NCBI RefSeq assembly: GCF_009914755.1
Contig: NC_060925.1
Source of the DNA: the human T2T-CHM13v2.0 reference genome, Homo sapiens
Reading direction: 5' to 3' (one strand)
DNA: 64,000 nucleotides
Numbering within the stretch: the first letter of the stretch is position 1; every line of letters starts with the position of its first letter. This document shows, piece by piece, positions 54,924 to 64,000 of the stretch. The notes under the pieces are model-generated. The model was not told where the DNA came from, ran no database searches, and saw only the letters and a program-made list of their open reading frames with translations. The translations under genes were made by a program, and so were the position numbers.

Positions 54924-55019
54924 CTGATTACAGAGCATCTGAGGCCTCTCAGAGTGAAGTACATTTGCAAAGTAGTCCCTCCTCTGCACTCACATGCACA
55001 GTCTGGAGAGTCAGGTTGT

Positions 55020-55605
55020 CATCATTCACTCAACATCCATTCATTCAGTATTTACTGAGTGCCCACTGACCGTCAGGATGGTGCTGGGAGCTAGGTCCAA
55101 AGCGGCGAGCTAAGTACAATCTCTGTCCTCAAGGAGCTTACATCTTAGCGGGAGAAGTTGGACAATTAAACACATGCACACACACTTTAGGAGGTAATAA
55201 GTGCGATGCAGGAAGGCCAAATGGGGTAAGGAGACAGAGTGACAGGGTGGCTGGTGCTAGATAGGGTTGTCAGGAAGGTCCCATTGGATAAAATGACCTC
55301 TGAATGGAGACCTGAGAAACGTGAGGGACTGAGGATGAGGACACCGGAGGTAAGAACATTCCAGGCCGGGGAGCAGTATGTGCAAAGGCCCTGTGGGAAT
55401 GTTTGCTCAACGCATTCCAGGAACTACAAGCAAGTCAGTGTGGCTGAAGGAGAGCAACCAAGCAGAGTGGGTAGGAAGCAGGCCACCCGAGCGTGGAGAG
55501 GCCTAGCCCTGCAGGGCTCCATGGGCTGTTGCAGGGACTTGGCATTACGTCCTGAGTGGGATGGAAAACACTAGAAGAGTTTTAAGTAGTTACATGATCT
55601 AACAT
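55020..55605 (-). mobile_element. L2 LINE 3' region
   Basis: tcattcattcagtatttactgagtgcc...ctcaaggagcttacatct...gtgcaaaggccctg...cctgagtgggatggaa. Confidence 0.85.
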
Positions 55606-55618
55606 AGTGGAGGCTGCA

Positions 55619-55920
55619 TTTTTTTCCTTTTTTTTTTTTCAAGACAGGGTCTCACTCTGTCACCCAGGCTGCCATGCAGTAGCATGACCACAGCTCGCTG
55701 CAGCCTCAACCTCCGATCTCAGGTGATCCTCCCACCTCAGCCTCCCTGGTAACCGGGACTACAAGTGTCCACCACTACGCCCAGCTAATTTGTTGTATTT
55801 TTTGTAGAGATGGGGTTTCACGATGTTGCTCAGGCTCTCAAATTCCTGGGCTCAATCCATCTGCCCTCCCTGGCTTCCCAGTGTGCTGGGGTTTCAGGTG
55901 TGAGCCACCGTGCACTGGCC
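55619..55920 (-). mobile_element. AluJ
   Basis: gacagggtctcactctgtcacccaggct...cagcctcaacctcc; TSD tgcatttt. Confidence 0.9.
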
Positions 55921-56288
55921 ATGCATTTTGTTTTTTCTAGAAACAGTGGAGAAAAGAAAAGATACCAAATAAATAAGAATTAAGAGACATAATTTTTTAA
56001 AAGAAAGAGACTGTCCAAAAGGACTCCAAACACTGCTGTGGGTTTCCTACTTTGCATAACAGTAATTCATTTACCTTGTATGAATGAATGCCTTTCCTCA
56101 AAAAGTATCATAAACAGTATTCAGGCAATGGTCTTGGAAAGCAGAACTTGCCTCAAGATGACAATAGGAGCCTTGAGCAAAGCAGTACGTCCCAATGAGT
56201 CACCAGGGACTTTTCCGTCCTTCTTTGCCAGAGTGAAGGCCATTTCCATCTCCTTTCTCCGAACCCACCTTAAAGATGAGAATGAGCC

Positions 56289-56590
<302 letters not shown>

Positions 56591-56702
56591 AGAATGAGTC
56601 TGAGGTGTACCCTTGGTTTCTTCTTTCTGTAAGTCCAGAGTCATCCATCCTGTCACGTTTTATTTTTAGCACTAAATTAATTTTTTAAATCTATTAATGA
56701 AA

Positions 56703-56990
56703 TTAACAATAGCTAATATTTATTTGGTATCTACCACATGCTTTATAAATATTACTAATTTAAATTGTTATAAGAACCCTTTTCGTCCAACAATCGGGGC
56801 ATGGAAGATAAAAGAAAAAAAGAACCTTTCAATACCATTATTACCCCCATTTTAGTGTCCAGGACATTGAGATGCGCAAAGGCTGAAAATACTTGCACCC
56901 AGTTTTATCTGTGGGTCATAGCAGAGCTGGAATTTAAACCTACTGCTGTCTGAATATAAATCCTGTGTTCTTAGCCAGTAAGCTATACCG
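56703..56990 (-). mobile_element. MIR SINE with a small A-tailed insertion
   Basis: aatagctaatatttatt...attattacccccatttta...gcagagctggaatttaaacc. Confidence 0.7.
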
Positions 56991-57187
56991 CCCCTAACCA
57001 ACGTGCAGGGCCAGAGTCCAACAGGGATATATAAGCATAGATCCTAGTTGCTTGAATTCAGAGACTAGTTGGAGCCAAGACCAACATAGAGAACCGAAAA
57101 GGGAGAGGGTAGCCGTGTACCTGTGGGAGCGGTCAGACCCCAGAAGGAAGGCTTTGGGGAGCAAGTGCAGCAGGGGCCAAGGTGTCA

Positions 57188-57652
<465 letters not shown>

Positions 57653-58004
57653 AGAAAGTATGTTTGGACACCTAACAGCAACTAAGTTCTCAGCTCAAGA
57701 AGTCTGGAGCTTGATGAGGTGAGCCCTTAAGTCGATTTTTCTAGTAGCTTCCGTCTATGGAGCACTCATTCTGATCCAGGCACTCCGCGATGCACTTGCC
57801 AAACATGAGTGTAATCTAATCCTCACTGCCTGAGGAGCTGGTTTCTCCATTTTGCAGATGAGCTGAGTAAGGTGACCAAGGTCTTACGGCTTAGAGATGT
57901 AAGAGCTGTGACCCTATCCCGGCTGATTCAAAGGCCAGTGTCTTAATCTGATGTGTGCTTCCTAATTTCTAGGCACTCAGACTATACTCAGGGTAGTATA
58001 AGCA

Positions 58005-58063
58005 GTGTATGTGTGCATGTGTGTGTGTGAGAGAGAGAGAAAGAAAGAGAGAGAGAGAGAGAG
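58005..58063. repeat. Compound (GT)n(GA)n microsatellite
   Basis: Direct read. Confidence 0.9.
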
Positions 58064-58662
58064 CTCTAACAGGCACTGGAAATCCAGGCAGAGGGCAGGC
58101 CCAGACTTGTCCCCTCTAGCAGTACACACAGAGGAGAGAGGTTTGGGGCTTTAATCCCCATCTGAAGTTCTGCCACTGTTTATAGAACTACCTTGCACAG
58201 TCACTCTCAGAACAAAGCTTTTGCTCAAAGAAGCCCACACCCTCAGGCTGGGCAGGTGTGTCTGAGGCTGGGTTTCCTGCCATAGACATCCTGGCCATTT
58301 CGGCAGCAGCTGTACCCCAGGACCTCCATGGATGCCTCTCCTGCCTCCCTGCCCTGCTCCACTCATCTGGGCTCACAGGATGGGTTCAGCTCTCTAGGTT
58401 CTTCATCCAAGGTCTCATCCCAGCCCTGAATGCTCATGGGAGACCGTCAGCAATGGTGAAACCACCAAGATGCTGAAAAGAGATGCCCTGGTGGGTCCAG
58501 GCCTCTCAACCAAAAAGACTCGAAAGCCCTTTCCTTTCGACAGGTTCCTTCTAACCTAGAGGATGATGGCCTCTTACCTTCCAGCCTTGGAATGCATCCA
58601 ACCATCACTTACTGAGCATCCATAAGTCCTATTTCTTGTTGTTTTTAAAAATAAAAGAAAGA

Positions 58663-59013
58663 GGCTGGGTGCGGTGGCTCATGCCTGCAATCCCAGTACT
58701 TTGGGAGGCCAAAAAGGGAGGATCGGTAGAGGCCACAAGTTTTGAGACCAGCCTGGGCAACATAACAAGATCCTGTTTCTAAAAAATAAAAAGAAAAGAA
58801 AAAGCCAAGTGTGGTGATGCCACAGTAGCCAGGAGTAGGCCTGTAGTCCCAGCTACTCAGGAGGCTGAGGTGTGAGGGTCACTTGAATCCAGGACTTCGA
58901 GGGTACAGTGAGGTACGTGACTGTATGATCACACCACTGTGCTGTACTCCAGCCTGGGTGACAGAGCAAGACCCAAGACCCAATCTCAAAAAAAAGAGAG
59001 AGAGAGAAAGAGA
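58663..59013 (+). mobile_element. AluJ with several small internal insertions
   Basis: Dimeric Alu; extra cacagtagccaggagtag and duplicated caagacc. Confidence 0.88.
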
Positions 59014-61049
59014 GTATTTATTTCCTCTTAGATGTAAAAGGCTTTGTCTATTCACCTTGGTATGTGACCTTGTTTGCTATGAGTAGGTATCTGAAACTCT
59101 TAATTTATTTGAGTCAACTTAAATCAAGCTGATCTGCAAATTTTAGAAGTTTCCTGTGTGTTGTAAAGCACACAAGTATGATCCTCTTTATGTAGAAGGG
59201 AATCCACACTCCGGCATTGTATGTATGCATTGGGAGGTATCCTGAAAGATGTTCCCCAAGATGTCATGTGTGGTTTTCTTCAGAGGATGAGATCTTGAGT
59301 GGCTTTTTTCTTTTGTCCTTGTTCTCTCCTGCATTGTTCAGGAAAGTGCTAGGCAGAGAAAGATAAGCACCATCACCCCTTTACCCTTTCAAACCTTTCC
59401 CACTGGAGCACCTACTGGCACAGACCAGAGTCAATCTGAGTGCCTAACATAACCCAACAAAAAGGCAGGCTTCTTTGAAAGCTTGTGTTCATTCTTAAAC
59501 GTCATGTAAATGTTGTATTATACTCCACAATATACTGTTTAAGCCTAAAAGTGTTCTTGGTTATTTACCATCAAGCAGAATTAATGCTCCAGGAAAATAC
59601 TCCAGATTTATCCTGTGGCTCTCTCCATGTCTCCAGTGTAGATTGTCAGGACTTATAGGACTGGGGCCACTCTGAGCAGCAAGGAGGTGATAGTCTGTCC
59701 AAATCAGGGTTCCAAAACTTTCGGATTCTCTACTAGTCTCCTCCAGTTGTAGAAAGCTCCCTGGCAAGGGATGCAGAGCTCTTTAAATCTGGAAGTGCTA
59801 GTCAGGTAAGCTTGAAATGGGCTTTCTTCAAAAGAGGTATTAGAATTCTTTAACTAGGGGTGCTCAGGAAAACTTGCAAGCTCTAGAAAAATCTGCTGCA
59901 TTAATAATTCCACTCCAATCCTTGATAAGGTCCTCTAGCTATCTCAAACATGCCTCTGGCCCCTTGGACTAGGGATTTATGCTTGTTGACTTTTTTTCTA
60001 TTTTCTGGATTTTCAGGACCCAACAAAACTTGTTTGACCAGTCAGGTGAAACTAGTCTTTAAACCTTAATGACCCGGATTAGCCATCTTGAGACCAACAG
60101 CTGATATCACTGACAGTGGCCAAGACACAATGCAAGGTGGTGCATGACCTAAGCCCTCGTCAAGCTATGGTCAATGCATGGCCCAGACTTAATGGCCTGT
60201 GACTTCAGGAATAGTCGCATGCACTCTATTTTCAGGCGATATGTGTCCCACTTTGGGATTATCTCACAGTTAATACAGATGGAAAAGTCTATTGGGTGCC
60301 CATACAAATATTCTGGTCTAGTTTCTAGTTCTCACTTTATATCTGACCACATGATTTAATTACTGAGGTTGAAACAAAGACTGGCCCTAGCCCATTTATA
60401 CTGGAGAATGACTCGGGCAGGTTCACTTGGACTTTGACACAAATCGCCATTCCATTGGAGTGTGGCTAAAAATGTTTCTGGGCGTCTCAGGACAAGCAAA
60501 CTCCCTTTAAAGTTGGTTTTATTTCTGGGAAGACTACTAAAACACACATGGCCAATTTTTATTTTTTAATTAAATGAAGACATTTTAAAATTAATAAAAT
60601 GTACACGAGGGCATCTGATGCTGTTCCTTATGCTTTCCCTCTCTATCTGGCATGTGGTCAAGGTCGTGCTATATAAACTAAAGTAATAGGACCTTTTGTG
60701 GGGTGCTGGGTTGTTCAGCCGTCAATGCCAAAGGGCTTTGGCAGCAAGAGAGAGCAGGGACACTAAGCAGAAATATCACAGTCAACTTGCTTTTTTCATT
60801 AAGATGGTGATAATAGAAGGATGGAAGTAATACATTGTCAAAAGCACAGAACTGTTGCTCCTCCTCACACACTGGAAATATTATTGATATCTGAAATCAC
60901 CTGGTTTAAAAAAAAAAAAAAAGAAATGCAGAAAAAAAGTTTTCTTTAAACTGGATTTTTTTAAGGCTAAAAATGTGTTATTTTCTAGAAGTTAATAAAT
61001 CACTATGTGACTTTGGTTCAGGTTTTCTGGAAGAATCTCTCTTTGGATT

Positions 61050-61561
61050 GGTATCAGTTAAGAATGCATTTGGCTACGCGTAACAGAAAACATTGCTATA
61101 GAAACGGAAAGAACCAGGGCTTGCTTTCTCACACAGGAAAGAAGTGTGGGGGTTGTAGTCAGGGCAGGTCTGGCTGCTCAGTGAGATGTTCTCGGGGACC
61201 CAGGTTCTTTTCATCTTTCTACTCCTCACTTATTCTTAACATCGTCAGGCTTTCCATCTCATTTACTGAATGTCATCTGTATATTTTGACATCTGCATTC
61301 TAGGAGGAAGAGCAAAGGGTGAAAAGAGAGCTTCCCCTTGGTAAAGCTTAGTCTTTTGACTTAAAAAGTACATGTTCTCCAAGGACCTCTTCCCATATCT
61401 CAAGACTGGAACTGTATTAAATGGATTCCATCAGCTGCACAAAGGCTGAGAAAAAGAGCCCTGTGAGCTATGTTGCTACCCCATATAAAATTGGGCTTTC
61501 TAAGTAAGGATGCCTGAGGGAGATGGAGATGTTGGGTGAACAATTAGCAGTATCCGTCACA
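61050..61561 (-). mobile_element. MLT1J/K-type solo LTR
   Basis: gtatcagttaagaatgcatttggctac...gggtgaacaattagcagtatccgtcaca termini. Confidence 0.7.
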
Positions 61562-61612
61562 GTGGCTGGGACCTGGTAAGGAATCTTGGTACCTGTATAA
61601 AAGTCAGGATCC

Positions 61613-61926
61613 GGCCGGGTGCGGTGGCTCATGCCTGCCTGTAATCCCAGTGCTTTAGGAGGCCGAGGCAGGCGGATCACCTGAGGTCGGGAGTTCGAGG
61701 TCAGCCTTACCAACATGGAGAAACCCCGTCTCTACTAAAAATACAAAATTAGCCGCGCGTGGTGGCACACGCCTGTAATCCCAGCTACTCGGGAGGCTGA
61801 GGCAGGAGAATCGCTTGAACCTGGGAAGCGGAGGTTGTGGGGTGAGCAGAGATTGAGCCATTGCACTCCAGCCTGGGCAACAGGAGTGAAACTCTGTCTC
61901 AAAAATAAATAAATAAATAAATAAAT
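61613..61926 (+). mobile_element. AluSp followed by an older Alu fragment (61927-61990)
   Basis: Sp diagnostics gaggtcgggag and catggagaaacccc; (AAAT)n tail. Confidence 0.93.
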
Positions 61927-64000
61927 AGCTGGGCATGGTGGTATAATCCTCGCTACTCAGGAGGCTGAGATGGAAGGCTTGAATGAGTCCCCCCCCAAAA
62001 AAAAATGGAAAGAAAAGTCAGAATCCATCCTTCCAAACAATGCAAATGGTTTTCCACTGGGTTTGCAGCCAACCAGTGGCTACAGTAATGTGGCATCTGA
62101 ACAAGGGCCACCAGGTCCCAAGGTCTGTGATGCCTATGGCCTTGAATGAGGAAAAGAGTAAGATTACAGCTGTATCCTCTTATTCCAACCTAATGGTACT
62201 TAATGAAATCATTAGCATGCATTACCAGTAAGGTGGCTCATCCATATGGCTCCTGATAAAATACATACCTTTCATTTATAGCTAAGTAAGGGAAGAGATT
62301 CCTTGACTCTGTCATTTACGCTTCTTTCTTCTCATGCTGAATGTTACACAAGGCTACTTAAATTCCCTGTTTCCAATGATTTAAACAATTGACTACACTT
62401 CTCAGCACTTCTTCCCGGCTCTCAATCTTGTAAAAAATTCTATTCTCCTGACCAGCTTAAAGACCTCCCTAGAATTATGCCCGGCATTGTTCGCCATGCT
62501 CCTATTTGGGAAGTTCTTTGTTCAGGACTCATGGGCTCAGGAGACTTTTGAACAATGTCAATGGGCTGCAGGTAAGGCTCAATATTCACATATTTCAAAG
62601 TCAGGACTGGCATCTACAAGCACTACTTTACAGATTATTCAAAGCTCATGATTTGCTTAAAGCTGGTGATTTGATTTTAAATTTATGGAAGATTGCACAG
62701 TATGACTTACAAATCTCACTACAGGGATTTATAAATGCTGGGCTACTTTTTTAAAATAATAGCTGTACATAATCAAATTGTATTTGGCCTATGCTTGGTT
62801 ATGACCTTCGGATCTCATAAAAATGCTCCTCTACATAACCAGTCATTTTCTATCTTGAAACTGGGATATTGTGATTTTTTTATTCTAAGTACACAAAATC
62901 CACAGGCAAGAGAAAATACCTATTAAAAGAAGGGGAGATGAAAGTGAATTCCTTCTACCAAAACGAAGTAAACCAGGGAGTTAAGAACAGCTAGCAGGAT
63001 ACAAATGTTCATCTTGTATCCACATTCACCCCCAATTTCTAGTTGCTACTTTTCTTCATTACATAAGAAAGTGGGTCACTCATTCTTGGGGAAGGACAGT
63101 CTTTTCCAGAGCAAATGAGAATATTTTCTCAATGAGGTAAATATAAGAGAATGGCATATTTGAAGGGCTCCTCTTCCCTGCCCTTGGGAAAAGGGAACCA
63201 GGAATAGTGGCGAAGGCAGGTTTTGAGTCCAGGTAGTCTTGTTCCAGAACCCATGCCCTTGACCACTACCCTATACTGTGGGGTTCTCACCATCCAACAT
63301 GGAGACCAAAGGGCACCCCTGGGTCTCCCATAGCGGGATGGGGAGGGGCTCTCACACCTGTTCTTGGGAGAAGAGGGAAGGGTTGTTTGAGCTGGGCATC
63401 CCGGAGCACCCATGCTGGGACCAAGGCGGGTGGATCCTCCTATCAACGTGTAGAGTCAAAGGGAGAAATAGAAAAACAACCAGAAGACAAAAGTTAAGTG
63501 CAAAAGGCCAATCAATGAAATCGCTTTCTCATGTGTGAGCAACAGAGCTATAAAAAGAACTTTAAGCAGCTTTTCAGTCAGATCTTTACAGTCTATCCAC
63601 CCAAGAAACAGCCTCAAAATTCAACTCTCTACTTTTTATTTAGGGCCAATTTTCATTCAGATGTGTCCTTACTGCACCCCTCTCAGGTCAGAATAATCCC
63701 CACCCCGCTATCAGGCAAGTTAGGCTGGACAGCCCAACATATATTCAGAGCTCAAGAAATCTTACTGAAAAAGAAGCTCCATCACCATCCTGTATTTCAG
63801 AAGCAGCAATCACATAGCCAGCCAAAGTGAAATTAAGAAATTTGCATGTCATTTATTAATATCCTCCTTGTCTGTCAAGCAGCCTTCAAAAACATGTTTT
63901 CCTCCTTTCAAAAGAAGCAAATTGTAATGAGCTCGTTCACACTAAGGATCTCAGGCCAGGCTATGTTTCTCCGCGAGTATGCAGAGGGTAAACTTCCACA

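Overview
This window is primate (human-like) genomic DNA. It is not prokaryotic, and I find no protein-coding gene I can support. It is dominated by interspersed repeats: about 23 Alu/FLAM copies, several L1 3' ends, many MIR and L2 remnants, MST/MLT1 (ERVL-MaLR) LTRs, and MER63, MER45 and MADE1 DNA-transposon relics. There are also micro- and minisatellites. The long ORFs in the track are explained by repeats or GC-rich sequence. Splice and poly(A) signals suggest a minus-strand spliced non-coding transcript from about 54.5 kb to about 28.7 kb. From memory its size and orientation would fit LINC01588/C14orf182 at 14q21.3, but this is unverified, so no symbol is assigned. I cannot support a new biological system here. 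The most interesting observations are: (i) a near-perfect 5 x 50-bp VNTR carrying a GLI-type motif in every unit; (ii) a 65-nt LTR R-region RNA retrocopied as a SINE-like insert with poly(A) and a 13-bp TSD; (iii) a local duplication that preserves the pre-Alu state of an MIR/MST junction; (iv) a twin-primed L1; and (v) candidate AP-1/ARE and GATA/RUNX regulatory modules. Repeat subfamily calls were made by eye and need RepeatMasker/Dfam confirmation.
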